Assembly (NCBI GenBank): GCA_038896555.1
Contig: JAWACZ010000004.1
Coordinates: 4,792-68,791 of the forward strand
Source of the DNA: Candidatus Caldarchaeum sp.
Lineage (GTDB): Archaea > Thermoproteota > Nitrososphaeria_A > Caldarchaeales > Caldarchaeaceae
Length of the DNA: 64,000 bases
Reading direction: 5' to 3'
This document shows, one piece after another, positions 8,681-17,663 of this stretch. The notes beneath the pieces are model-generated. The model was not told the DNA's origin, searched no databases, and worked only from the letters and a program-made list of their open reading frames with translations. A program made the position numbers and the translations under genes. Position 1 is the first letter of the stretch. The number at the start of each line of letters is the position of its first letter.

Positions 8681-9768
8681 GTTTTTTCAGCTTTGGCTTT
8701 GTTTTCATGAGCCAGTATGCTTATGCGCGCAGCTATGTTTCTCGATATTTCGTGAAGGGCTTTGGAAGCCGGCGATTTAGGGTCCGCCACTACTATCGGA
8801 ATACCTCTGTCATAGTGTGTGGATACCTCTGGCAGAAGCGGTATGCGTCCAAGCATGGGTGAGTCCAGCTCACCAGCCATCTTCTCCGCCACGCTGTCCC
8901 CGAACAGGTTCGACTCAGACCCGCAGTTTGGGCAGACATAATAGCTCATGTTCTCCACAATTCCTATTATTGGTATGCCAAGCCTTCTAAACATTCTCAA
9001 GGCTTTTGCGGCGATGACGGCTGCGGCGGCCTGCGGCGTGGTCACTATGACGACGCCTGTGAGAGGAATGGTTTGCGCAAGAGTCAGGGAGGCGTCACCC
9101 GTCCCTGGCGGGAGATCTACAATAAGATAGTCAAGGTCGCCCCATGCTGCATCTGTGAGCAATTGTTTAACAGCGCTCGCCACCAACGGCCCCCTCCAGA
9201 TTACGGCGGTGTTCTCGTCCACGAACAACCCCAGCGACATGACTTTTATTCCAAGCATCATTCTCGCAGGCTCTAATTTGTTGTTTCCAACCATTCTAGG
9301 AGGTTGTATGATGTTGACGATTTTCGGTATCATCGGGCCGTAGATGTCTGCGTCCACTAGACCTACCCTTGCCCCGCTGAGTGCAAGGCTGCAGGCTAGG
9401 TTTATTGCGACGGTGGTCTTGCCGACCCCCCCCTTCCCGCTTGCTACCGCTATGATATTTTTGACCGATGAGAAATTATTCAGGGAGGGTCCTAAAGGTC
9501 TCGCCGACCAAACACGGGCGGTCGCCTTCATGTCTACTTCTTTAACCCCGGGGATTGACTCTACCGCTCTTCGTGCGTTTTCCTCTATGTCTTTGTTGAA
9601 AGGGCAGGCGGGCGTGGTAAGCTCTAAAGTAAACTGAACCTTTCCTTTTTCGATTTTCAAATCCTTTACCATGCCGAGGCTCACTATGTCGGTTTTCAAA
9701 TCTGGGTCTATGACGCGCCTTAGCGAGTCTATGACGGTTTTTTCATCCACCAAAAATTCTCCACTCAA
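8677..9768 (-). CDS. apbC: Mrp/NBP35-family iron-sulfur cluster carrier ATPase (ApbC-like) with N-terminal DUF59/MIP18-like domain
   Basis: Deviant Walker A (SGKGGVGKTT), CPxC-type motif (CPNCG) and an N-terminal DUF59-like region. Confidence 0.9.
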   Translation of the reverse strand: MSGEFLVDEKTVIDSLRRVIDPDLKTDIVSLGMVKDLKIEKGKVQFTLELTTPACPFNKDIEENARRAVESIPGVKEVDMKATARVWSARPLGPSLNNFSSVKNIIAVASGKGGVGKTTVAINLACSLALSGARVGLVDADIYGPMIPKIVNIIQPPRMVGNNKLEPARMMLGIKVMSLGLFVDENTAVIWRGPLVASAVKQLLTDAAWGDLDYLIVDLPPGTGDASLTLAQTIPLTGVVIVTTPQAAAAVIAAKALRMFRRLGIPIIGIVENMSYYVCPNCGSESNLFGDSVAEKMAGELDSPMLGRIPLLPEVSTHYDRGIPIVVADPKSPASKALHEISRNIAARISILAHENKAKAEKT

Positions 9769-9807
9769 ATGGTTTCGTATTCGACGTTATTTATATCTTC
9801 CGCAGCA

Positions 9808-10290
9808 TCACATGTTGTTGACGGTTTTCCAGATCAGGTCGTCTACGTGGTGTAGGTTTTTTACCACACGGCCGTGGGTGGCCTCGGCTGCTTCAACGGA
9901 GCTTATCAAAGCCTGCCCTATTGCCAACGGCTTCGAATACATGTCGTCCCTAACCACGACCAAGCTGCCTTTCTCGAAGGCGTCCATGCATGTAATGCCT
10001 GGTCTCATTACGTCTGCTCCCGAAGCAATTTTCGGAACAGCTCCGCGGTCAACGTGGACGCATGGTAGCCTGTCTATTATGCGGGCGTTAGCCTCGGTAA
10101 GCGCTGGGAAAGTGTTTTCACCTATCATCACGAAGGAAAAGCCTGCCGTGAAGATGAGCTTTACTTTGCCCACCTCGACGGTAGTGACTCCTTGTTTCAG
10201 AATTTTTCTGATGTTCTCACCTTCGAGGAACGGGGCCAGCCGCATGGTCAGCTCAGCAACTTCTGCCGACGACAGGGTACGACGCCTCAA
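9808..10290 (-). CDS. PUA-domain RNA-binding protein (pre-PUA + PUA)
   Basis: C-terminal PUA signature (VVVRDDMYSKPLAIGQAL). The six-frame ORF runs on to 10488 but that portion overlaps tRNA-Leu. I took the first plausible start downstream of the tRNA, a TTG at 10290; the alternative is ATG at 10245. Confidence 0.55.
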   Translation of the reverse strand: MRRRTLSSAEVAELTMRLAPFLEGENIRKILKQGVTTVEVGKVKLIFTAGFSFVMIGENTFPALTEANARIIDRLPCVHVDRGAVPKIASGADVMRPGITCMDAFEKGSLVVVRDDMYSKPLAIGQALISSVEAAEATHGRVVKNLHHVDDLIWKTVNNM

Positions 10291-10367
10291 CGTGCGGAAC
10301 GCTTGAACCCAGCTTAAAAACCAGTCTGTAAAAATCAAAATACCGCGTGAAAGCCTCTTATGCCGAG

Positions 10368-10452
10368 GCGGGGGTTGCCAAGCCTGGTCAAAGGCGCAGG
10401 GCTTAGGACCCTGTCCCGAAGGGGTTCGTGGGTTCAAATCCCACCCCCCGCA
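10368..10452 (+). tRNA. tRNA-Leu (anticodon UAG), long variable arm, no intron
   Basis: Acceptor GCGGGGG/CCCCCGC, anticodon stem-loop CAGGG-CTTAGGA-CCCTG, 14-nt variable arm, T-arm GTGGG-TTCAAAT-CCCAC. Confidence 0.85.
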
Positions 10453-10803
10453 CACGGTTAACAGCTGATTAACCATGAATTTTTCCATGAGAGACCTTGG
10501 TTATGCAGTCATATGGTCTAAGTCTCGACATCTTCACCGAATATGACTAAAAGGTCTCATCCTCGAAGACACGGTTACGCAGCGGATGTGAAGTTTGGGC
10601 TGGCGGCTGTCTTTTCAGAATCCTCTCCTAAACATCTGTATAACTAGAAGCTCGGTGACAACAGGCGGCAGAGAGTTGAACAGCTGGTTTATCATAGCCA
10701 TTTCCGGGGTTTTCTGTCTTCTATTTCGGAGCTCTGAAAAGAAACCCTCACAGCATGAACAGATGTCTCCAGAGTCTGTGGATTGGTCAGCTAGTGAAAG
10801 CCG

Positions 10804-11217
10804 CTACTTTAACGGAACGTACATGCTGCTTCTTGTTGCGCCTACTCCAGCCCTGCCGTGGATGACTCTCTTGTTTGTGATTACGTATTCACCAAGCCGG
10901 TGTCCAATCATCTCAGGAGTTATCTCTACTGGTTGGAACTCTTTGCCGTTGTGGACGTGAATCGTCAAACCAACCATTTCAGGCAGTATGAACATGTCTC
11001 TGCAGTGTGTTTTGACGGGTTTCTCAGGCTTCTGACCCATCTCCAAAAGCTTCCTGTATTTCCGTATTTTGAAGAGAAGCTTAGACTGCGCCGGGGTTAA
11101 ACCTTTCTTGTAGAGGCTGCGTCTAGCTCGGCTGGGCAGTAGCTTTATGAAAGAATCCATGCTCATCGCTTTTATCTGGTCGAGCGTGTACCCCCTGTAG
11201 GTAAACTCTCTCACCAT
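10804..11217 (-). CDS. rps19: 30S ribosomal protein S19 (uS19)
   Basis: [24 protein letters not shown] signature. Confidence 0.9.
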   Translation of the reverse strand: MVREFTYRGYTLDQIKAMSMDSFIKLLPSRARRSLYKKGLTPAQSKLLFKIRKYRKLLEMGQKPEKPVKTHCRDMFILPEMVGLTIHVHNGKEFQPVEITPEMIGHRLGEYVITNKRVIHGRAGVGATRSSMYVPLK

Positions 11218-11251
11218 CTACGTGACGCCTACATCCAACCCATTAATAAGC

Positions 11252-11974
11252 CTACGTCCTTTTCTTTCTTCCAGCCCGCCTAGCTGCTACGAGCCCCACC
11301 TTCCTGCCCGGCGGCGTCGTTCGTTTGACTGTTTCGGGCCTGCCTATCCTTTTGTGGCTTCCTCCTCCGAACGGGTGTACGGCGGGAACCATCGCAACAC
11401 CCCTAGACTTCGGCCAGTAACGATGCCTGGCCCTCAACAAGTGGAACTTCGCTCCCGCTTTGAGGAAAGGCTTCTCACCCCTGCCACCGCCGGCCACAAC
11501 ACCGACCAACGCCAAAGCCTTCGCAGAGACTTCAACGTCTTTCTTAGACGGCAGCCGTAGTATGGTTTTGTCGCCAAGCTGGGCCATGACCACGGCGTAG
11601 GCACCAGAAGACCTTACCAGCTTCCCCCCGTCTCCGGGCAGCCTCTCAACAACCGAGACGGTAGAGCCTTCGGGAAGTTTTCCAACCGGAACGATGTTCC
11701 CCGTTGAGGGCTTCGCCGCTTCACCTAGCTCAACCACCTGACCCACGTACATACCTTCCACAGCTGGTACTGCGAACTCCATGCCGTCATGTGCTACGAG
11801 AGCCACCGGCGCACCTCTTCCAGGGTCGTGCACTATGTCACGGACAACCGCCGATCGAATCGTCCCCGCATTTATCAGCCCGCTGGGATAGCCTACCATG
11901 TATCTACGGTGTTTTGAGGCTATAAACCGCGGCGAACCCCTTCCGATTCGCTGAGCTCTTATGTTCCTACCCAA
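11252..11974 (-). CDS. rpl2: 50S ribosomal protein L2 (uL2)
   Basis: uL2 C-terminal domain signature (GGGRGEKP, GSHKRIGRP... HPFGGG). Confidence 0.95.
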   Translation of the reverse strand: MGRNIRAQRIGRGSPRFIASKHRRYMVGYPSGLINAGTIRSAVVRDIVHDPGRGAPVALVAHDGMEFAVPAVEGMYVGQVVELGEAAKPSTGNIVPVGKLPEGSTVSVVERLPGDGGKLVRSSGAYAVVMAQLGDKTILRLPSKKDVEVSAKALALVGVVAGGGRGEKPFLKAGAKFHLLRARHRYWPKSRGVAMVPAVHPFGGGSHKRIGRPETVKRTTPPGRKVGLVAARRAGRKKRT

Positions 11975-11984
11975 TCTTCACACC

Positions 11985-12245
11985 CTAGAATATTCCAAGC
12001 TTGACAGCTAGGTCCGAGGCTTTATACTCTGGCTCGAGGCGGACGAAGGCTTTCTTTTCACCACGTGGCGTTATCAAAGTGTTCACTTTATCCACCTTAA
12101 CTTCATAGAGCTGTTCAACGGCATGTTTCACGGTTTTTTTGTCGGCTTTTATGTCCACTATAAAGACAAGCTTGTTCTCCTTTTCTATGAGCGATACGGC
12201 GTCCTGTGTTATGACAACTCTTTTGATAACGTCTTGGGGATTCAT
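11985..12245 (-). CDS. rpl23: 50S ribosomal protein L23 (uL23)
   Basis: Sits in the conserved L4-L23-L2 order; KENKLVFIVD..KKTVKHAVE pattern. Confidence 0.8.
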   Translation of the reverse strand: MNPQDVIKRVVITQDAVSLIEKENKLVFIVDIKADKKTVKHAVEQLYEVKVDKVNTLITPRGEKKAFVRLEPEYKASDLAVKLGIF

Positions 12246-13063
12246 TCAAACCTCCCTCTCAGCGCATCCAGCGAAGACCTAGTAAAGACTGCGAGCCTTC
12301 CGGGATGGCCTCCAGGGGCCAGGTCTAGAACACTCAAGTTTCTGGCCTCAACCACGTCCACGCCTGGAATATTCTCAGCCGCTTTAGACAGGCTGGACTT
12401 CTGCGAAACAACTATCAAAGGCCCCCTCGGTTTTTTATACCTGCGGCCACGCATCTTTCCTATTCCAGCCCTTATCTTCACTTTCATGCATCTCTTCAGC
12501 TCTATGTCAAGCTTGAGCTTGGAGAAAAACAACCTGACATCCCTGGTCTTGCTGAGTGATTCAAATTTATCCTCGACAACTATCGGTAGCTGAAGCCCTT
12601 CAGGTATCCTGTGCCCCCTCTTCCTCACCTGTTCGACACTGGATGTGAAAGCCAGTGCCGCAAGCAAAGCGTTTCTCAGCTCTTTTTTGTTGATTCTTTT
12701 GTGGATTTTCTTTTCAGGCACGGGTGGATGGGTGGGCCTGCCTCCTACGGCGGACGGCACCATCCCACCAGCTCCGTACTTGTGAGTCCCCCTCCCCTTA
12801 ACTCTCGAGATGCGGGCCATTCCAAACCCTGGACCCCACGACTCAACCGAGTGTTTGTGCCCTGAGAGCTTTGAGGCTCCCTTCGGCTGAAGCCGGTGGG
12901 TGGACAGGTGGAGAAAAGCCCTGTGGACAAGGTCTTCCCTCAGAGGGGCTGCAAAGAAGGGAGGCAGGGCTATTGAGCCTGTTGCATCTCCTTCTACGTT
13001 ATAGACTGGGGCTTGGACGGGCTGGGTTTTGAGCAGCTGCAAGGTTGCCGTGAAATCCACCAT
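12242..13063 (-). CDS. rpl4: 50S ribosomal protein L4 (uL4, L1e type)
   Basis: Archaeal L4 pattern and its position between L3 and L23. Confidence 0.85.
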   Translation of the reverse strand: MVDFTATLQLLKTQPVQAPVYNVEGDATGSIALPPFFAAPLREDLVHRAFLHLSTHRLQPKGASKLSGHKHSVESWGPGFGMARISRVKGRGTHKYGAGGMVPSAVGGRPTHPPVPEKKIHKRINKKELRNALLAALAFTSSVEQVRKRGHRIPEGLQLPIVVEDKFESLSKTRDVRLFFSKLKLDIELKRCMKVKIRAGIGKMRGRRYKKPRGPLIVVSQKSSLSKAAENIPGVDVVEARNLSVLDLAPGGHPGRLAVFTRSSLDALRGRFE

Positions 13064-13065
13064 CC

Positions 13066-14031
13066 CTACACCTCGAGAAGGGTTATCTGAGGAGGCTCAA
13101 GCGGCTTTGGCGGCCTAGCTGGTGTTCTAATGAATAACGGTCTTAGAGGAGTTCCAGGAAACGAGCCCTCAATAACTGCATAGTCTGTCTTAACCAGCCC
13201 AAACCTGTGCCATCCAGACTTTGGGTTGATTGCGCTGGTATCCGACGAGATCTTCAGAATCCTTTTATTGTATTCTGTCCGTCTGTGAAAACCCATCTGC
13301 CCAGAGCGGGGCACTGTATACATGACATAGTGAGGGTTCCAAGGCCCTATGGCGGCCACGCCACGCCTTGTTTTCCGAGACTTTCTCTGAAGAATTGAGA
13401 CGCCGTATCTTTTTACCACACCTTGAAATCCCTTACCCTTCGACACACCCAGCACATCAACATACTCTCCTTCCTTGAAAACGTCGGATATTTTAAGCTC
13501 CTTACCCAATAGCTCCAGCCCCTTTTTCAACGCTTCGCCAGGCTCACCTCCTATCTTTATCTCAGCGATGTGAGGTCTTTTCCCAGCGTTTGCGAGACGG
13601 GGTTGAGATGCAACTATGAGCCTTACTTCGGAAAACTTTCCTTCGAGATCCTGCAGCTTCTCAGGCCCGGGCGAGGGGGTGAATGTCTTGTTTCTTCGAA
13701 GTATGGCGTCGCCGGCTTCCTTGCTCCATATCCTACCGACTTCGACAAGCTTGCCGTCGAACACATCATAGAAAGCTAGGCCGACCACTTTTAGAGGGGG
13801 AGCCGCCACGACCGTGCAAGCTGCGGTTATTTCGCTGCCCTGAGTAGGCGACCCCGGCCTGTTGTCCACGTAGTGAACGGATGTCATGCCAACCTTGTAA
13901 ACTATGAACCCGAGGGGCCCTTGCCGGCCATCAGGCCAGTGCTTCACCCTTGGAAGGATGCCTCTAGCCCTACCTCTAGGTAGATAGGCTAGAGACCCGT
14001 GCCTTGGCCTTGAATATTTCCTGCGACCCAA
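13066..14031 (-). CDS. rpl3: 50S ribosomal protein L3 (uL3)
   Basis: uL3 signatures (GFQGVVKRYG, PRHGSLAYLPR). Confidence 0.95.
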   Translation of the reverse strand: MGRRKYSRPRHGSLAYLPRGRARGILPRVKHWPDGRQGPLGFIVYKVGMTSVHYVDNRPGSPTQGSEITAACTVVAAPPLKVVGLAFYDVFDGKLVEVGRIWSKEAGDAILRRNKTFTPSPGPEKLQDLEGKFSEVRLIVASQPRLANAGKRPHIAEIKIGGEPGEALKKGLELLGKELKISDVFKEGEYVDVLGVSKGKGFQGVVKRYGVSILQRKSRKTRRGVAAIGPWNPHYVMYTVPRSGQMGFHRRTEYNKRILKISSDTSAINPKSGWHRFGLVKTDYAVIEGSFPGTPLRPLFIRTPARPPKPLEPPQITLLEV

Positions 14032-14128
14032 TTTGAACTACCTGTCATCCGTGCAGGCATGCATGATAAAAACCTTAGCAGCAAGCCCTCCGGCTAAACC
14101 TTAATTCCAACCGTGAGTACTGCCAGAC

Positions 14129-14602
14129 ATGCCGGACGCGATCACAGACGAGATAATCCGGTTGATAGAATCTGAGGGCGTTGTAGGGTTGGCTACTCAC
14201 AGGCACTATCCTAGGGAGAAGATAATCTACACAAGGTTCGGCAGATGCGGTTTCGCCATAGACGTTGTAAAGATCGAGAATGGGCTGAGACGCACCTACT
14301 CCGTCCTCGTTGAAGCCGAGGCCCAAGCTCCTGGCGACTTTGTTGAAGACTTTCTCAGCCTACCGGGAAGGGTTCGCTACATTCTGTCGGTTGGGGAGAG
14401 CGGCGGCAAAACGTTGAAGGTTAAAAACGACACCTATAGAGATGCGTCAGACTTGTTTGAGAGCGTTGAGAGGGTTAGGCGGGTCTTCTACCGCGTCTAC
14501 CACGGCCTTAAGCAAAAACACAGGGAGGAGGTTGCAAGGATCGGTGAGGAAGTATTCCATGCAGTCGGGTTGACTGCCGACGAGCTCCACTTAGGCGTTT
14601 AA
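14129..14602 (+). CDS. hypothetical protein (157 aa)
   Basis: Intact ORF; no recognisable motif. Confidence 0.4.
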   Translation: MPDAITDEIIRLIESEGVVGLATHRHYPREKIIYTRFGRCGFAIDVVKIENGLRRTYSVLVEAEAQAPGDFVEDFLSLPGRVRYILSVGESGGKTLKVKNDTYRDASDLFESVERVRRVFYRVYHGLKQKHREEVARIGEEVFHAVGLTADELHLGV

Positions 14603-14713
14603 GCCGACAAGCCGTTTTACCCGTCTTTCTTCTTAACAGCAGGTATACGATAGACCTTAACCTCGTCCGGTGTCTGAACAAAGACGTCACCGCATTTAAC
14701 GCATCTAAAATAT

Positions 14714-16096
14714 TTGTTGACGCCTTGCTCGGCTTTCTGCTCACCTATGAACTCTAACGCATGGCTGCACTCTTCCGCCACAAAGCAGGAAGTTGGTCGC
14801 GGCTTTAAAGCCTTTAGGAGAGAAACGGCTATAAAAACGGCTTACCCGTCTTTCAGCGAAGTGTTAAAGTATTCTCTAGTCGTTGGCCGTGAGACGCCTT
14901 CGCCCAAAACGTTCAGGCATGATGTGTGCGAGGTTTTTGATTTAGACAGGGGGTTGAAGGCTAAACTCTACATCTCCGGCGAGGCCTACGAGTCCGATAA
15001 TTTTTACGAGGGGTTTGTGGGGGGTGGGGCTGTTGTCCAGCTTATCTCTCCCAACGCCAGTCAAACAGCCCAGCTCATGTGCCACGCCCACGATTTGACC
15101 GAGACTTTGAAGCAGGTGAATGGTTTTTTCGCGGGCATCGTGTTGGGAGAACATGTCATGGTTTTCAGAGACCATGTGGGCTTGGCTCCCGTCTACGTCG
15201 TGGGTAACGAGGTGAAAATTGTCACAAACCTGCCGGCTGAGGCCGCTGAATGGGCGGCCGACCCGAAACCAGTAAAACCCGCCACAGCAACGGACATAAT
15301 CGCCGGCAGGTCCTACAGCTTCTGGCAGCCCTCCGAAACCGAAAACGCTTCCGAAGGCCTTCTGGAACGTTTAACAATCAGTGTGAAAAATTTGTGTCCT
15401 AAAAATCCAGCCGTTTTCTTTTCAGGCGGCGTGGACAGCCTTGTTCTCGCAAAACTGCTCAGCCACCTTGGTTATAACCCGGTCTTGCTTACTCTGGGCG
15501 TTGAAGGCAGCCGTGACTTTGAGCGCAGCGAAAGGGCGGCAAAAACCCTAGGTCTTAACGTCGCTAGAGTTGACGTGGACAGAGATATGGTCGGAAACGT
15601 GTTGGAAAAGCTGAAGAGTTTGTTGGGGGAGATGTCGGTCATGGATGCTTCGATCGCCGCAGCGATGTACATACTGGCCGCGGAGGCGGTGGAGATGGGT
15701 TGTTCAGCTGCTGTTTCAGGGCAGGGCGCTGACGAGCTGTTTGCAGGCTATAGGAGATACGAAACCGTTCTCGCTGCAGAGGGATATAAGGGGTTGGATG
15801 AGGTTCTTAGAAGAGATTTTCTTAAGCTGCATGAATTCGGTCTGCCGAGGGATTTTTTAGCGGCCCGAGCCGGCGGAACATATATCATAACACCCTATCT
15901 AGCGAGAGAGGTCGTTGAAGCCGCTGCTTCCATACCATCCTCTAAAAAAATCTCTGTCGAGGAAGGTAGAGTAGTTAGAAAGCAGGTCTTGAGAGAGGTA
16001 TGCAGGCAGCTCGGGCTGGGAGAACTAGCCGACGTAGAGAAAAAAGCGCTCCAGTACAGCACAGGTTTGCAGAAGATTGTGAGGAAGATGGTTTGA
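14714..16096 (+). CDS. asparagine synthetase-related PP-loop ATP pyrophosphatase (AsnB C-terminal domain; N-terminal glutaminase domain degenerate, no Cys2)
   Basis: SGGVDS PP-loop and an AsnB-like synthetase domain. The N-terminal region resembles the Ntn fold but lacks the nucleophilic Cys. The true start is probably downstream of 14714, since the first about 25 codons overlap a conserved-looking antisense small ORF. Confidence 0.7.
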   Translation: MLTPCSAFCSPMNSNAWLHSSATKQEVGRGFKAFRRETAIKTAYPSFSEVLKYSLVVGRETPSPKTFRHDVCEVFDLDRGLKAKLYISGEAYESDNFYEGFVGGGAVVQLISPNASQTAQLMCHAHDLTETLKQVNGFFAGIVLGEHVMVFRDHVGLAPVYVVGNEVKIVTNLPAEAAEWAADPKPVKPATATDIIAGRSYSFWQPSETENASEGLLERLTISVKNLCPKNPAVFFSGGVDSLVLAKLLSHLGYNPVLLTLGVEGSRDFERSERAAKTLGLNVARVDVDRDMVGNVLEKLKSLLGEMSVMDASIAAAMYILAAEAVEMGCSAAVSGQGADELFAGYRRYETVLAAEGYKGLDEVLRRDFLKLHEFGLPRDFLAARAGGTYIITPYLAREVVEAAASIPSSKKISVEEGRVVRKQVLREVCRQLGLGELADVEKKALQYSTGLQKIVRKMV

Positions 16097-16116
16097 AGCC
16101 TCTAGAATCGGCGCTC

Positions 16117-16587
16117 ATGATGCTCAAACGCATTTCGCGTACGGGATGGGTTGAGCTAGGTGTGAGACGGCCAGAAAACGTGGCCAGCCATTGCCTCAGC
16201 CTTGCCGTGTTGGTGATGGTTGAGGCTGAGAGAAGGGGTTTGGATTGTTTGAAGGCTGTCAAAATGGCGTTGCTGCACGATATTCCTGAAAGCTATACGG
16301 GCGATTTGACACCCAAGATTAAGAGAAAGATCCCTAGGAAACTTCTGGAGAATGTTGAGTTATCGGTGATGAAGCAGCTTTTCATGAACGTTGGCGTCAA
16401 ACAGGAGGAAGACCTTATAAACCTCTACAGCGAATATTTGAAAGGTGTCTCGCCCGAGGCTAAGCTTGTCCACAGGCTTGATAGGGTTGAGATGGTGTTG
16501 GAGGCTTCATGGCTTGCATCTGACAAGGATGTTGACATACGCAAGCTCGAGCGGCATGGATTTATCCCACGCCATCGTAGAGGGTGA
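16117..16587 (+). CDS. HD-domain phosphohydrolase (YfbR-like 5'-deoxynucleotidase family)
   Basis: H..H and HD metal-binding motifs (HCLSLAVL, LLHDIPESYTGD). Start moved to ATG 16117, just after the upstream stop. Confidence 0.7.
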   Translation: MMLKRISRTGWVELGVRRPENVASHCLSLAVLVMVEAERRGLDCLKAVKMALLHDIPESYTGDLTPKIKRKIPRKLLENVELSVMKQLFMNVGVKQEEDLINLYSEYLKGVSPEAKLVHRLDRVEMVLEASWLASDKDVDIRKLERHGFIPRHRRG

Positions 16588-17663
16588 AGGGGTTGGCTGA
16601 AGACCTGTACGTAGAAGCATTGCTGTCCGGTTTCCCTTTCCTCAAGGTAGTAAGGGAATATGTTGCTCAGAAGAAACTACGTCTGGAAGATTTTGAGCAT
16701 GCTGAAAACCTCGTTAAGACGGCCGTAAAAAAAGTTGAGGAGGCTCTTGCACCATGGCCTTCAAGACAAGGCGTGGAAGTTTTGACGAGCGAGGTTGAGA
16801 TAATCTCGCATCCTCTGGCGATGGCTTTGGTAGCCATGCTCGACAGCCCTTTTGCGAAAAGAAGGTTCGCAGCATACGAGGCGGAACGGTATGCCAACCT
16901 GCTGAAAAACATCGAAGAAGGACAAAAACAGGCTCTACACTACATCATAGCCAACGTACTGGGGATGCGGGTCAGAGTCCACAACCCACCCAACGAGTTC
17001 TGGATACATTTCGCTGACTACCTCAAGATCGCCGTCAACCTTAACGAACCACGGTTCAAACTCGTCAACAGATTGCTGGATAAGGGATTTGTAGCTGTGA
17101 CTAGGAACGAGGCTATTACGCTGGTTAAGAACGGTCTTGAAAGGCTCATCCACCAAAGGCTGGAAACGATGGGCAGGATAGAGCCACCGTCCTTCCTGTT
17201 GGAGCATGTAAAGCATTTGAAGAAAATTTTGGAGACTGTTAGTCAGAAAGACCATTTTGAGTCTGTGAGGCTCGACCCGAGCATGTGGCCTCCATGCATG
17301 ACTGCTTTGAGGAACCGTCTGTTGGCGGGAGAGCCCGTCAGCCACTTCGGAAACTTCGCCATCGCCTCATTTATGCTGAGAATAGGGATAGGCGTCGACG
17401 AAGTCATAGCTGTCTATTCTCAAAGAGGTGACTTTGACCCACGCATAGCACGATATCAAGTGGAGCATATAGCAGGGTTGAAGGGGAGCAGGACCAAGTA
17501 CTCGGCCCCAAGCTGCACAACCATGCAAGCACACGGTCTCTGCATAGAAGAAGGAAGGTTCTGCGGAGGAGTCAAAAGCCCGATGCAGTTTTATAGGAGA
17601 AGAGCAAAAGCCGTGAAGGGCCCAGAAGGTGAAAGAGATAAGCCTAAAGAAAACAGTAGTTAA
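16584..17663 (+). CDS. priL: DNA primase large subunit PriL
   Basis: Archaeal PriL-like helical N-terminal domain and C-terminal 4-Cys Fe-S domain (C..C..C..C near PSCTTMQAHGLC). Confidence 0.75.
   Translation: MKGLAEDLYVEALLSGFPFLKVVREYVAQKKLRLEDFEHAENLVKTAVKKVEEALAPWPSRQGVEVLTSEVEIISHPLAMALVAMLDSPFAKRRFAAYEAERYANLLKNIEEGQKQALHYIIANVLGMRVRVHNPPNEFWIHFADYLKIAVNLNEPRFKLVNRLLDKGFVAVTRNEAITLVKNGLERLIHQRLETMGRIEPPSFLLEHVKHLKKILETVSQKDHFESVRLDPSMWPPCMTALRNRLLAGEPVSHFGNFAIASFMLRIGIGVDEVIAVYSQRGDFDPRIARYQVEHIAGLKGSRTKYSAPSCTTMQAHGLCIEEGRFCGGVKSPMQFYRRRAKAVKGPEGERDKPKENSS

Noticed and set aside
9671-10306. 211-aa plus-strand ORF overlapping the PUA-domain gene
   Set aside because: It is entirely antisense to a gene with a recognisable PUA domain, has a low-complexity S/T-rich composition and no motif. 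Such ORFs are typical in GC-rich coding antisense.
10595-10960. 121-aa plus-strand ORF spanning the S19-downstream intergenic tract and the 3' end of rps19
   Set aside because: It overlaps rps19 antisense and its sequence is Trp/Cys/Ser-rich with no motif; likely spurious. The tract is treated as non-coding in the findings.
16000-16116. N-terminal 39-codon extension of the HD-domain ORF overlapping the AsnB-like gene
   Set aside because: The extension lies in a different frame of the AsnB-like C-terminus and precedes a well-placed ATG (16117) right after the upstream stop. YfbR-like proteins start at the equivalent MMLKRISRTGW position.
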